Source: Octopus vulgaris (Eukaryota). Taken from it: 64,000 nt of DNA. Location: contig OX597818.1 in NCBI GenBank assembly GCA_951406725.2, positions 6,758,001 to 6,822,000 of the forward strand, given 5' to 3'. The notes beneath the pieces were generated by a model that was not told the DNA's origin, did not search any database, and was given only the letters and a program-made list of their open reading frames with translations. Below, piece after piece: positions 41,303 to 58,523 of the stretch (within the stretch, counting starts at the first letter, position 1; each line of letters starts with the position of its first letter). The position numbers and the translations under genes were made by a program.

Positions 41303-41776
41303 TTGAAAAGGATTTTAACCCAAGCTACACTGCACTCAACATCAACCACAAAACCAGCAGTTAGAAAATGTGGAAGGCCCAACTGCGGAATCTGTGTCAT
41401 CTTGAAAGAAGGATCAGAATTTATACTGGAACAAGGCCACCAGTTTACCATTAGAACAAACTTCACCTGCGCATCAGAAAACTTAATTTACGTCATAACA
41501 TGCGCAGGCTGCAATAGGCAGTATATAGGCCATACAAAAAATAGCTTACGTAACAGGATGGCGGTGCATAAATCACAAATTAGAAACCCTGAGTACCGCA
41601 AAATACCAGTCAGCGGACACATAGATAGATGTACTGGAAATGTAAATCCGAAATTTACAACTAACCCGCTCTATAAATTCAGTGACAACGCAACCTTCAC
41701 ACAACGCCAAAATAAAGAACTATATTTCATAAAAAAATTTAGACCAAGTTTAAACACCCTGGGCCAGGAATACTAA
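41303..41776 (+). CDS. Penelope-like (Neptune-type) GIY-YIG endonuclease domain, 5'-truncated element
   Basis: CGRPNCGIC...FTCASENLIYVITCAGCNRQYIGHT...LRNRMAVHK...VSGH...KELYFI...LN: Cys-rich linker plus LIY/YIG motifs and conserved R, H, E, N. The frame is open but the element is truncated at (TA)n. Confidence 0.9.
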   Translation: MKRILTQATLHSTSTTKPAVRKCGRPNCGICVILKEGSEFILEQGHQFTIRTNFTCASENLIYVITCAGCNRQYIGHTKNSLRNRMAVHKSQIRNPEYRKIPVSGHIDRCTGNVNPKFTTNPLYKFSDNATFTQRQNKELYFIKKFRPSLNTLGQEY

Positions 41777-41945
41777 AACAAAAGATAAGTCCTCCGAAAA
41801 GGAGAAGCAAAATTCCACCACGGCCGCTACCTTAAACAGACACTCGCTCTGACAGAAATATGCCTTAGTAAAAAAGGAAAAAAATTCTTTCGTGCAAATC
41901 TGACCCTGATACATACGATACAGCTAAGGGCCAGACCCGATTCTG

Positions 41946-42316
41946 ATTGGTCAACAAGTTGATGACGTCTAGTTCTGCTAGAATGGACAGAATACAAACA
42001 GGGGACAGTCATTAGTCAGAATATTGATGACGTCCTTTTCTGCTTGACTAGTCACCTAACAAGTACAGACAGGGGGCAGATCTAATGTAGCTATAAGTCG
42101 TGATTGGGCAGAATCTGGATGACGTCCCGTTCTGCTTGACTAACGAAGCGACTGGTCAAAACAGGAAACAAACAAGAGGCAGTTATAATGCAGCGATTGG
42201 TCAAAATGATGATGACGTCCCGTTCTGCTTGACTAAAGCCACCTAACGAAACGATTGGTCAAAACATTGAGGACGTCACGCTGCGCTGGACTGACCACCT
42301 AACAGGCATTATAAAA
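41946..42316 (+). promoter_or_regulatory. Candidate Pol II promoter in the PLE 3' region: five ATTGG-N12-TGACGTC modules then TATAAAA
   Basis: Modules at 41946, 42011 (ATTAG), 42103, 42196 and 42254 (GGACGTC); TATAAAA at 42310; CCACCATGG at 42359; AG/GTAA at 42387. Confidence 0.6.
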
Positions 42317-42650
42317 CCGAGCACTTCACAAGACCCACTAGAACCACCCAGCGAACATCCACCATGGGTCATCACAATTGCTTAAGGTAAAAATGAATTC
42401 CTCGCTCTTTCGGAAACATCAATCTTCTGTATTGACTGCTTTCCACCACTTTGATCTGTTTTTTGTATTGAATACGTATCGCCACCGTGGGCCACTGCAT
42501 CGAACACTTTGAACATATAGCATGAATGAACTTACTTCAAACTATATATCAACTATACATGAACTCTAAGATGTCTGACTCCGTTGTGTATTATAAATGA
42601 ATTTCTTGTGTTTGACGGCATGAGCTGTCTTTTTTTATATATAACTTTTT

Positions 42651-42690
42651 TTGATAAGGTTCATTTCAGGAACTGAAACATGTTATAATG
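42651..42690 (+). ncRNA. Degenerate hammerhead relic in the PLE pLTR
   Basis: UUGAUAA-GGUUC-auuucag-GAACU-GAAACAUGUUA; two core changes, stem I not recoverable. Confidence 0.4.
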
Positions 42691-42746
42691 TATATATAAA
42701 AATTAAAAATTGTATAATATAGCAGCATTTTCGAACTTCATTTTTT

Positions 42747-42794
<48 letters not shown>

Positions 42795-42808
<14 letters not shown>

Positions 42809-43015
42809 TTGTGTGTCTGTGTTTGTACCCCTAGCATTGCTTGACAACCGATGCTGGTGTGTTTACGTTCCCGTCACTTAGCGGTTCGGCAAAAGAGACC
42901 GATAGAATAAGTACTGGGCTTACAAAGAATAAGTCCCGGGGTCTATTTGCTCGACTAAAGGCGGTGCTCCAGCATGGCCGCAGTCAAATGACTGAAACAA
43001 GTAAAAAAGTAAAAG
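42795..43015 (+). mobile_element. SINE 3' portion (probable continuation of 41119-41256)
   Basis: TTGACAACCGATGCTGGTGTGTTTACG...CCAGCATGGCCGCAGTCAAATGACTGAAACAAG. Confidence 0.8.
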
Positions 43016-43029
43016 AGTATATGTGTGTG

Positions 43030-43131
<102 letters not shown>

Positions 43132-43694
43132 CATATATTTACATTTATATAAATATATAATGTCATATAAAGGACCATGTTAGTGTTGTTTTAGCTTCAG
43201 GAAAACATCTTTTCCAGCTGGCTATCGACACAGAGCGTGAGTCCGTATAGCATTCGCAAGGCAGGTGATCACTCCCATTTCTAGCCTTACGTGATACTCA
43301 AAGACCTGGGTTTCTGAGTGGTTACCCGTCCTCGGTGTGAGACGAAAGCTCTCTCCACTCACCTGACAGACAGCAGACAGACAGATAGAGAGATAGAGTT
43401 TTATATATACATACATCCGTATCCTTAGTATTCATATACCAACAAAGTATAGGCTGCTGGCTTATTGGAACCTGATTTGTTACAGGAGAAGGTTGCAGCA
43501 ATACAAGACTTATTACAATGAAATTGTGTTTGATTAACAGGTGAGCTTCTGAGAGATGCCCTGGATTGTCGTGATTAATCTAGCAACAGCAACGTCGAAA
43601 TGAAACGCCATTGCATGGAAAAATAATTTCACCGCTACATAGAGATTAAGGACGTAAACATAACATGCCTGAATAGATATGCACCTGTGTGTGT

Positions 43695-43732
<38 letters not shown>

Positions 43733-46120
43733 TGTAGTGTATTCGTTTATATGTGTACGCTTGTGTTTTATAGGATTCAAGGTGCTCGTGGCTTTTGAAA
43801 ACCCTGACGACTGCAAAGCACATATTTCTATACGTCCAAACATAGTTAGATAACTATTATCTATTTCAGCTATGAGATGAACACATAAGGCAAGAAACCC
43901 ATTCTATTACTTTTTTTCCAATTCACTGATAAATAAGGAAAAAACGAACAATGAGAGAATACCGCGTAAATGAAATGATTAAAGTAGCATTCAAAACGAA
44001 GATGCTTTCTCTGCTTAAAAAACAGACTCTGACTAAAACAAGCAATGGTAAACGTATGACAATATAAAAGCGTGAGTATGCTTATACATGTGCATAAACT
44101 GATATATCCATGCATGTAAATGTATACCTATGCATATATATATGTATATATATATACAAAGAAAGAGAGAGAGTGTGTGTGATGTATGTGTGCGTGTGAG
44201 TGTGTGTGTGTGCCTGTGTCTGTGTGTAAAATTTTAATTTTAATTTTAACCACTCACCTTCTTGGTAACGTCCTATAATATAGTTTTTTTTACTATCTTT
44301 TCTTATTCTTCCTTTGTCCACTCCTAATCGATGGGTACGTTATAGCTGACATTTTCTTCTTAGCCACGACATGTGTTGCCTTCACCTATCAAAGTTGCAT
44401 TCATACTATCAAATACAGTTTGGCGGTCACATCACAGTCAAGTTTCTGTGTATCTCTTTATATATTAGCAGGTAATCAATAAACACTATACCTCGTTTTT
44501 TTCCACCAGCTTGTTCAAGATATAAATATTGTTGCAGGTCAAATGATGCTGTAAAATCAGGTTCAGGTATGCAGCCTAAGTTAGGAGATCTTCATTAGCA
44601 AAAGGAATTTAATTCTAGCATTGATGTTTTGGTTATATTTAGAGATGGGAAGTATAACGACAGCTGAAAGCCATGTGAGTACGTTTAATGTAAACTTAAT
44701 ATTTATTCTATATGATGTTATTAAATCGCCAAGACAAGTATTTTGAATCAATGTTATTCTGTAAGATATTCATTTATATGTGTGTGTATGCGTTTGTACA
44801 CACACACACGCACACATACACATACACACACATACACATGCACACATACACATACACACACACGCACACATACACACGCACACACACATACAAAATACAC
44901 ACATATATAGATACAAAAGTTAAGGAAGATTTGAAAGACAATATATAATTGGAATATATAAAACATTTATATAAATCTACTTATACTGATTTTTTTACAT
45001 ATTTATAGAGAAAAAACGCATAAAAAGAAAGCTTTTACACGTCTCGCCCACATGCGAATGAAAGAAAAAATGGAACGTCAGAATACGGCTCTCCATATCT
45101 CTCACACACCCCTATAATGTCCATAATATTCGATTTGAATTTTCGCCAGGATAGTCTTTATTTTCCTATATTTCTGTGACGATACAAATTGCCTTTTATG
45201 TCGTTCAGTCGGATTTTGAATCTATTAGACATACCGTGATCTAACCTAGATATTTGGTATTCCTAATGTGGATTATTTGTAGCATTCTAATTGCATTATG
45301 TTCACTTTATATTCGTGATAGACATAAATCTGTATTTTTCCTCAGCTTTTGGGCGGTGAATTCTAAATACAGTAATTATTTTTCGCTTGTTTAACACTAA
45401 TTAATTCTCTTGTTTCTATAAACAGTTAATTACATATCTTGTCTAGTCACACTACCTTATTTAGCATTCAGTTGAGCGCATTACAACTATGAATTCTTTA
45501 AAAGTCTGCTACAATCCTATTTATTAATTTAGATTTTTAGCCTTCAGTTGTGATTTAATCATTAAACCAATTTGGATATAATATTCCTTTCCAAATTTTC
45601 CGACATTTGCATGTCATCTTTAAATACTAATTATTTGATAATATACAAATATTATTTTTTAATTAGTGCGATGTTTGTTTTATTTGTACTTGCTGTGGGG
45701 TTTAACTTTTTTACACTAAATCTCATATTGATTCATATTGTATACTTTCTGAAGTGGCATTTTCTGTAGTCTATCATTTCGAGGGTGCAATTTAAAATCT
45801 TTCATATCCAACAATAACTTGATGGTCCTCGCGTACTAAGCATATTATTATTCACGACTTTGTCTGTACAGAATATAAACTGCGTATCTTTTTGCCGTTT
45901 CCTCTTCATCTTCTTCTTCTTTGTCTCTTGCCTCGTCGACTAACCGTTGCTCACTTATTTCGAAGAGTCTTATTTCATTCCATTTTGCTTTCACTCGTTG
46001 TCGGAATCTCCTGCTACTGAGTTCACTCCTGATCCAGCATTTACAGTTCGATTACATTTGGTATTGTCCATCTACTATGTACTGTGAATAGCATAATGCA
46101 CATATTCCATTATTGGTATT

Positions 46121-46121
<1 letters not shown>

Positions 46122-46207
<86 letters not shown>
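46122..46207. repeat. (TAA)n microsatellite
   Basis: Read directly. Confidence 0.95.
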
Positions 46208-46208
<1 letters not shown>

Positions 46209-46471
46209 TTAATAGTTTTGGTAATGTAATTCAATGAACTTTGGAATTTGTATATGTACCCTTTGATGTGGATATATATGTATACTCCAGTATATATATT
46301 TGATTATCTGTAACCCATGTGTATGTATATTATTATATATATACTTATATATATATATGTATATATATGTGTGTATATACACTTATATATACATATATAT
46401 ATATTCTTGTGTATGTGTATTTTGTTTCATATTTATATTTGCATTTTATATCTTCATAATTGTACTTTATA

Positions 46472-46597
46472 ATTTCTGACGAGGCCTTGAGATATATATA
46501 TAAATAACACATTTTTAACTGCATATTACCTCAATACATCTGACTAATACAGGCACAATGAGATACCTTTATCTACAGGCTGAAACAGCTGTAAGAT
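46472..46597 (+). ncRNA. Type I hammerhead motif with a very long stem II
   Basis: AUUU-CUGACGA-GGCCU-[~90 nt]-AGGCU-GAAAC-AGCU-GUA-AGAU; palindromic ACAGCUGU. Lies in an AT-rich element ending at about 46950 at (TA)n. Confidence 0.7.
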
Positions 46598-46948
46598 CCA
46601 TTTTATATGTATTATTTTTATGGTATTATCTTACTTATTGATGTATATTGTTTTATTCTGTTTTATTCTGTTGGATTTGGATGTTTCTATTTAATTAGTT
46701 AATAAATTATATGAATTGGTATTATCTGTAAGTTGATGATTGAAAGGAATTTGTTCCTCTATTTTCTTATTTGTATTAGGATTTTGAGATAAAACATTTT
46801 ACCTTCACCTATCTAATACAATAACTGAAATAATTGCATTGCAATTGTAAGCATTTATCTATTAGCCTTTTGGGTACTTCACTGGCAGTATATTGGATAA
46901 CTGATATCCCATACTAGGTTTCACTCATAACCGCTATCTCACTTTGTA

Positions 46949-47025
<77 letters not shown>

Positions 47026-47026
<1 letters not shown>

Positions 47027-47408
47027 TGGAGGCGCAATGGCCCAGTGGTTAGGGCAGCGGACTCGCGGTCGTAGGATCGCGGTTTCGATTCCCAGACCGG
47101 GCGTTGTGAGTGTTTATTGAGCGAAAACACCTAAAGCTCCACGATGCTCCGGCAGGGATGGTGGTGATCCCTGCTGTACTCTTTCACCACAAACTTTCTC
47201 TCACTCTTACTTCCTGTTTCTGTTGTACCTGTATTTCAAAGGGCCGGCCTTGTCACTCTCTGTGTCACGCTGAATATCCCCGAGAACTACGTTAAGGGTA
47301 CACGTGTCTGTGGAGTGCTCAGCCACTTACACGTTAATTTCACGAGCAGGCTGTTCCGTTGATCGGATCAACCGGAACCCTCGTCGTCGTAACCGACGGA
47401 GTGCTTTC

Positions 47409-47413
<5 letters not shown>
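47026..47413 (+). mobile_element. Apparently full-length tRNA-derived SINE
   Basis: A-box TGGCCCAGTGG, B-box GTTTCGATTCC, ~390-bp body, TTTCA-repeat tail, inserted in (TA)n. Confidence 0.85.
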
Positions 47414-47450
<37 letters not shown>

Positions 47451-47490
47451 GATAAATCTCAGAGCGAAGTATAAACAGTAGCGGTAACAC

Positions 47491-47609
47491 AACGTGATGC
47501 ATATATGCCATTTGAATATGGCTAACCCAAAAGGGTGGATGCTACTGTAGTTTGTAGCCCCAGGAAGACACCTCCTCCCGCTGGCTATAGACACACTATC
47601 TGTGTCCTG

Positions 47610-47654
<45 letters not shown>

Positions 47655-47907
47655 CACTGGAAAAAGTATATGTATTTGTGAAGGAATCTGACTTCTCGTC
47701 GACAACCATGATTGTCACACGCTGATGAAAGGTAAACACCTTGAAACTCGGGTACGTATGTATCATGTGTTGAAGACGGGGAGGATGACTCTCCTTCACA
47801 AATACTGACAGGACACAGATAGTGTGTCTATAGCCTGGGCCTATAAACTACAGTAGCATCCACCCTTTTGGGTTAGCCATATTCAAATGGCATATATGCA
47901 TCACGTT
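47491..47907. mobile_element. pLTR/retrozyme-like element with inverted arms (47491-47612 and 47806-47907)
   Basis: Arms are reverse complements with one ~20-bp indel; they enclose (TA)n and a hammerhead. Confidence 0.75.
47719..47757 (+). ncRNA. Minimal type I hammerhead ribozyme
   Basis: ACG-CUGAUGA-AAGG-uaaaca-CCUU-GAAAC-UCGG-GUA-CGU; stem III one change from the palindrome ACUCGAGU. Confidence 0.8.
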
Positions 47908-48204
47908 ATAGATATATATATATACATATACGTATATATATATAAGTTTAACAATTAAGGATAACCTCTTAATAAGGGATCTTAACAAGAAATTATCGGG
48001 TAGTTAGCGTGAAAACCTCATAAAAGAAAAGAATTCGAAAATAATTTTTTTTCTCTTGAACAAATTAATTATATCTATATTGTATAGAGGGCATTATTAC
48101 ACATAAATGCCTCACACTAAGAGGGACAAAGTCATTACTACCAAAATTATACTAATCATACCCAAATGCAGTTTTTCAAAGCAAGACATTTAAAAAATGA
48201 ATTT

Positions 48205-48262
48205 AGTTCTGTATCACCGTGATTTCACATTCAACTTACGTCTTATGATCATCAGCAGAACT
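48205..48262 (-). ncRNA. Type I hammerhead ribozyme, copy 1
   Basis: Minus: AGUUCUG-CUGAUGA-UCAU...AUGU-GAAA-UCACGGUGA-UA-CAGAACU. 7-bp stem I, U-U mismatch at the base of stem II. Confidence 0.8.
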
Positions 48263-48683
48263 GATTCTGAACACATCATAAATAAACTACCAACCTTACG
48301 TAGCGAAGACGAACAGACAACTGCTCACTCCGGCCAAGCACATGGAATGTTTATAAATCATATATCCGGTAAATGGCGGGCTTTTTACGAACTGCATGTC
48401 GGGTAATAAAAAGTATTTCGGAATAAGTTTAACAATTAAGGATAACCTCTTAATAAGGGATCTTAACAAGAAATTATCGGGTAGTTAGCGTGAAAACCTC
48501 ATAAAAGAAAAGAATTCGAAAATAATTTTTTTCTCTTGAACAAATTAATTATATCTATATTGTATAGAGGGCATTATTACACATAAATGCCTCACACTAA
48601 GAGGGACAAAGTCATTACTACCAAAATTATACTAATCATACCCAAATGCAGTTTTTCAAAGCAAGACATTTAAAAATGAATTT

Positions 48684-48741
48684 AGTTCTGTATCACCGTG
48701 ATTTCTCATTCAACTTACGTCTTATGATCATCAGCAGAACT
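48684..48741 (-). ncRNA. Type I hammerhead ribozyme, copy 2
   Basis: As copy 1 but with UCAU/AUGA fully paired; AUA triplet. Confidence 0.88.
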
Positions 48742-48845
48742 GATTCTGAACACATCATAAATAAACTACCAACCTTACGTAGCGAAGACGAACAGACAAC
48801 TGCTCACTCCGGCCAAGCACATGGAATGTTTATAAATCATATATC

Positions 48846-48896
<51 letters not shown>

Positions 48897-48924
48897 ACGT
48901 GCTTCTTTTATATATATATTAACA

Positions 48925-49111
48925 ACGTGCTTCTTTCAGTTTCCGTCTACAAAATCCACTCACAAGGCTTTGGTCGGCCTGAGGCTATAGTAGAAGACAC
49001 TTGCCCAAGATGTGTAACGCAGTGGAAGTGAATGCAGAAGCATGTCATCTGAAACAAACCTCTTACCACTAGACTTCGCTTGTGTGTGTGCTTGTGTGTG
49101 TGTGCGCGCAC

Positions 49112-49167
<56 letters not shown>

Positions 49168-49690
49168 GTGTGTGTATGTGTGCATATGTGCGCGCATCTA
49201 TGTGTATCTGCGCCAACATTTATCGTTTGTTTGATATATATGACTTCGGTCATGCTGGGTAACTGTCTTAGAAAATTTAGTCGAACACATCTACCACAGT
49301 GGTTACTTTTTAAGTCTGGTACTTATTCTAACGTTCTGTTTAGCTGAACTGCTATCTGCGTGTATTACGGAGACAGAAACAAAACAATATGGTTTGACAA
49401 CCGCTGAGAACAACTTAAAATACAAGGAAACTCAGATGTAGACATATACAAAATCATATAAGCAGAGAGACAGACAGACAGACAGAAAGACAGACAGACA
49501 GACAGAAAGACAGACAGAAAAATAGATAGAGAGAGAGGGAGAGGGAAGGAGGAAGAAAGAGAGAGAGACGGACTTCTTTCAGTTTCCTCTGACAAGGCTT
49601 TGGTTGTCTGGGACAGGAACAGAATATAGCTGCTCAAGGCACCACGCAGTGGTATTGAAAACAGAACATTGTTACTGGGTAGCATGCATT
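48925..49690 (-). mobile_element. SINE fragments (head 48925-49080; tail ~49230-49405 with head ~49570-49690)
   Basis: Reverse complements of the 41119 head and the 42840 body. Confidence 0.7.
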
Positions 49691-49701
49691 TGGGAACATT
49701 A

Positions 49702-51297
49702 CACAGACATGACAGAAGTAAATAGACAACCCATAAAACGACGTTTTATGTTTATTCTAACTTGTTAAGGTATATTTTTTTATTAATTGACATTTTTATG
49801 TTTAAGGTTCTGCGTGTGACTGTTTAATCATGCCATGTACGAAACATTGGAACTGTCTGAATTTCAAAGTGGACAGCGTAAACTAGCAGAAAACCTTGGG
49901 ATACCGCTTTCTTCAGATAATTGTGATTGTGCAATTCACCAGAGAAGGGAAGGAGTTCACATTACCTCACCCAGATCAACCAGGACCCTTTGCTTTGTTA
50001 AGAGAAGTGTGGAGGATCAACCTCGTTGCAAACCCTCTGACATAGCAGAATAAGTTAATTATTTCTTTCCTGCCCACAAGGAGCTAAACATAGAGAGGAC
50101 AAACAAGGACAAGGGAATTAAGTCGATTAGATCAACCCTAGTGCGTAACTGGTACTTAATTCATCGACCCCGAAAGAATGAAAGGTATAGTCGACCTCGG
50201 TGGAATTTGAACTCAGAACGTAAAGATAGACGAAATACCTATTTCTTTACTACCCACAAGGGGCTAAACACAGAGAGGATAAACAAGGACAGACAAACGG
50301 ATTAAGTCGATTATATTACCCTAGTGCGTAAATAGCATTTAATTTATCGACCCCGAAATGATGAATGGCAAAGTCGACTTCGGTGGAATTTGAACTCAGA
50401 ACGTAGCGGCAAACGAAATACCGCTAAGCATTTCACCCAGCGTGCTAACGTTTCTGTCAGCTCGCCGCATATGTTAATGTCAGTTCCACAACAGCTGTCA
50501 GGTATGTCCACAAATTTGGTTATCGCAGAGCAGCAAGAAGGAAATTACTTCTTCGACCAGCCAACATCAAGCGGAGAGAGGATTGGACCAGTGAGATGGT
50601 GGAGAGACCATTAGAATTTTGGGACACTGTCATATTCTCTGATGAGTTCAAATTTGCTGTATTTTCTGAGTGGCCGAGTGCGGTTCTGGAGACACTATGA
50701 TTAAGGATTTGATGTGAAAAGTTTGCAGTCAGCAATGAAACAGTGCAACTATTCTGTGTTTGTCTGGGGAGTAATTTGGAGCAATAGCTGATGAGAACTG
50801 GTGGAGAGTGAGGGAAACATAAACTCAGATATATATGTGTCCATATTGCAGAAAGGACTCCTACCAATCTTTTCCAATGGCGAAATGATTAAAGGCACTT
50901 TATTTATGGAAGATGTGGCTCCTTGTCACACGGCTAAAATGACCCAAGATTTGTTGGATGAGGATGACACTAAAAAACATCCATGGCCAGGCCAGTCACC
51001 AGATACTAACCCTATTGAAAACCTCTGTGACATAATGAACAAGATACTTCTTAAAATGAACAAGAAAACATCCTCAAACCAGGTCTTTTGAGATTACTGC
51101 GTAAAACTTGGCAAGAAATTCCGCAAGAGAATATTCGTCATCTGATCGGTAACATGCCTAATATGGGCCTTGCATCGAAAAATGCAAAAGGAAGGGCATG
51201 TCTACTAAAAATTAATAAATAATTTGAATGTATAATTTCAGATTTAAATGAATTTTAATGATTATAATTTTCTCTATTTACTTCTGCCATGTGTGTG
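49702..51297 (+). mobile_element. Tc1-family transposon with both TIRs and TA target duplication, decayed
   Basis: Left TA-CACAGACATGACAGAAGTAAATAGA and right TCTATTTACTTCTGCCATGTGTGTG-TA. Reads WDTVIFSDEFKF, LFMEDVAPCH, WPGQSPDTNPIENL. Confidence 0.9.
50057..50470 (-). mobile_element. Two tandem SINE copies nested in the Tc1 element
   Basis: Duplicated TTTCTTT.CT.CCCACAAGG.GCTAAACA.AGAGAGGA...GGTGGAATTTGAACTCAGAACGTA module. Confidence 0.8.
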
Positions 51298-51765
51298 TAC
51301 ATATAATTCCGCAGATTTTACAAAAGTGATGCAAATATGAAAGATTCAGTGCCTCTCTCCCCACCTTCCTCTTTCACTCACTCCCACTCTCTGTATATAT
51401 CTATATGTATGTTTTCATACACACGTACATTAAGTGTCCATTTGTTGGACGGAGGATTTCGGCAGTTTTATAAAGTGGCCTTAAATATGATGCATTGTAT
51501 TGTGCATTCAAATAATCACATGCTCATTCACATATGCGCACAGTTTCATTTCATCTTTTCAGCTCTATTCACGCTTTTGACTAAAAGCGACACACATATA
51601 TAAATCAGTCTGATAATATATTGACTCTGCGATTTAAGTCACTCAAATACACACTTGCATGTATAATTCCATTGATAGCTATATGGATAAATACATGTAC
51701 ATGCGTATATACTATATATTAGGAGCTGTTGATGTAGCGAATCACGAAACATGGTTGGTTAGAAT

Positions 51766-55918
<4,153 letters not shown>

Positions 55919-56076
55919 GTTTCATTTCATCTTTTCATCTCTATTCACTCTTTTGACGAAAAGTGACACACATATAAATCAGTCTGACAACATACTGACT
56001 CTGCGATTTAAGTCACACAAATACACACCCGCACATAGAATTCCAGTGATAGGTATATCGATATGTACATACTGTA

Positions 56077-56207
<131 letters not shown>

Positions 56208-56384
56208 CGAATATTTGGGATTTAGTTCACTGGTGATGTAAACGAATAGGTACGCTAAGTGCTATAGTTGGTCAATTGTTAAGTTCCAAGTTCACAGCTG
56301 AGGTTAGAGCTAGGTATCTGTATTAGACTTCCATGTTAGCAGGTATATATAAGAGGAAAAGTTCAACAAAAAGCAAGGCAGGAT

Positions 56385-56645
56385 GAGTATCTCAATTTAT
56401 TTATAGTAAGGTGATTTGGAATGTCACAGCTGTTTCTGGGATATCCCAAGTGCTAGGCTAGCATGTCCCTACTTCGAGTATTCCATCATCAGAGGCAAGG
56501 TGAGTATGAGGTTACCTTGACGCTGATGTCAGAATGCCCAGTGGATGACCATGCTAACCTATCACTTGAAACATCTCACAAACAGCTGTAAGACTTTAAA
56601 TTCACCTTACCCTAATTTAATTATTATAAATGACTTGAGATACTC
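56385..56645. mobile_element. Imperfect palindrome made of two diverged head-to-head hammerhead relics
   Basis: Minus 56423-56496: CUGAUGA-UGG...CCA-GAAACAGCUGU-GAC. Plus 56519-56594: CUGAUGU...CAAACAGCUGUA-AGAC. Outer arms GAGTATCTCAA and TTGAGATACTC. Confidence 0.65.
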
Positions 56646-56681
56646 GTCGACTTCGCTTTTTTTGTCCTTTTCCTTTTAGTG

Positions 56682-56751
<70 letters not shown>

Positions 56752-58152
56752 CTAATATATATGTAAACATGGATACATATGTATGGCTGATTTTTATATC
56801 TATCTCTATCTCTCAATCTCTCACTCCTCCCTCTTACTCTCTCTCTCTCTCTCTCTCTCTATTGATATGTGTATGTTTGTGTGTGTGTGTGTGTGTATAC
56901 ACACATGTGTGTACTCTGAAATGGATTTCTAAGACATGATAATCATTATTCACTGGTTTTTAACAAAATACAATTTTACTTTGCATACATTAAAAACAGT
57001 ATAATTTTTATTTTCCCAACGTTATATTATGAAATTACTAAGAAAGTAATACATAAGTTTATATAATGTTAAGATCAAGGTTCATACAGAAATAAATTGA
57101 TTGGGATAAATGTAAGAAAGAGAAAAACATGTACGAGTAGTTGTGTGTGTGTGTGTGTGCGTGCGCGCAGAGTGTGTGTGAGTGTAAGTGAGTGCTTACG
57201 TACGTATGTGTGCGTATGCAGGGATACATACAAATTACACACATTTGGCGAAAGAGAGGGAGAGGGGAAGAGAGAGAGGGAGAGAGAATTATTGGTAAAT
57301 AACAGCGAATGTAAAAGTAACTGGTTGTAGAATCCTGTCTAAATTTCTCGAGATGAGTCACCTGTTTCAAAGTTACTTCATTTCACGATAAAAGCTTGTC
57401 TACCCTTCTGAGTCATAACATAACATCTCTAGCTAAAGGCAAATTGGAAGATATTGATTTAAGAAAACTACGGTTGTTTCCTAAGAGGGCTGTCACCACC
57501 TTCTACACAAACCTACACACCGATGTATACACAGACACACGTACATACACATAAACACACACACACATAAATACACACAAATATATACATACTTACATAC
57601 ATACAAACATACATGTGGATGTCTGTATATCGATGTTTATGTGTGTATAGCTACATGTATAGATATATAAATGTACATATGCGTGTGTGTGTATGAGACC
57701 GAAAGAGAGAAATCGTTTGTGAGAGAGAGCAAATGTGTGTGAGAGAGGGAGAGTGAAAGAGGGAGATAAATGCGTGTGTACTGAAATCAACAACAGGCAT
57801 TTCGGCTCCGATGAATTTTTTCCTTAGTTTTCGTCAATACGAGGCAGTTATTTTTGAAGCAGGCCCCTTATTAATTAGTGTTGTTACTGATTTTGTAACA
57901 TTATAAAATCTACATCCATTATAAAAATGTATGTACTTGTTGACGTTATCGTCATATATATGAGTTGTTGATGTCTCTATGCGGGATTTAGTTCACTGGT
58001 GAAGCAAACGAATAGGTACGCGGAGTAAGTGCTATAATTGGTCAATGGTTAGAATATATATATGTATATATATATACCGGAGTAAGCACATAAATGTGAA
58101 ACAAGGTGGAAAAAGAGTACTCAAATACCAGAGGTAGAGTAATATGCTTTAT

Positions 58153-58193
<41 letters not shown>

Positions 58194-58379
58194 ACCAATA
58201 TATATGTAAACATGGAAGTTTTCCACTTTGAAATATTAGTAAATATTCTGCTTGTCCTTTTAGAAATGGCATGCATCTCAGTCGTTCCTCTATGTGGAGG
58301 AAAAGTGACAATAATACAAATGCCAGCAATTTTCCTTGAGATGTTATTGATGCTTTAATATCATCACCGTCATCATCCT

Positions 58380-58469
<90 letters not shown>

Positions 58470-58523
58470 TAATAATAATCATAATAATAATAATAATAAT
58501 AAATACCCTGATGCAGTACCAGT

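Larger units (their letters stand above)
47942..48847 (-). mobile_element. Retrozyme-like tandem, about 1.9 x 481-bp unit
   Basis: Units start at 47942 and 48423 and are nearly identical; (TA)n flanks; one hammerhead per unit. Confidence 0.88.

Noticed and set aside
47026-47100. tRNA gene
   Set aside because: Acceptor and anticodon stems are imperfect and it runs straight into a 300-bp SINE body, so it is a SINE head.
48197-48990. Duplicated ORF MNLVLYHRDF... as a peptide gene
   Set aside because: It is antisense to the hammerhead inside a non-coding tandem unit, and the second copy runs into (TA)n.
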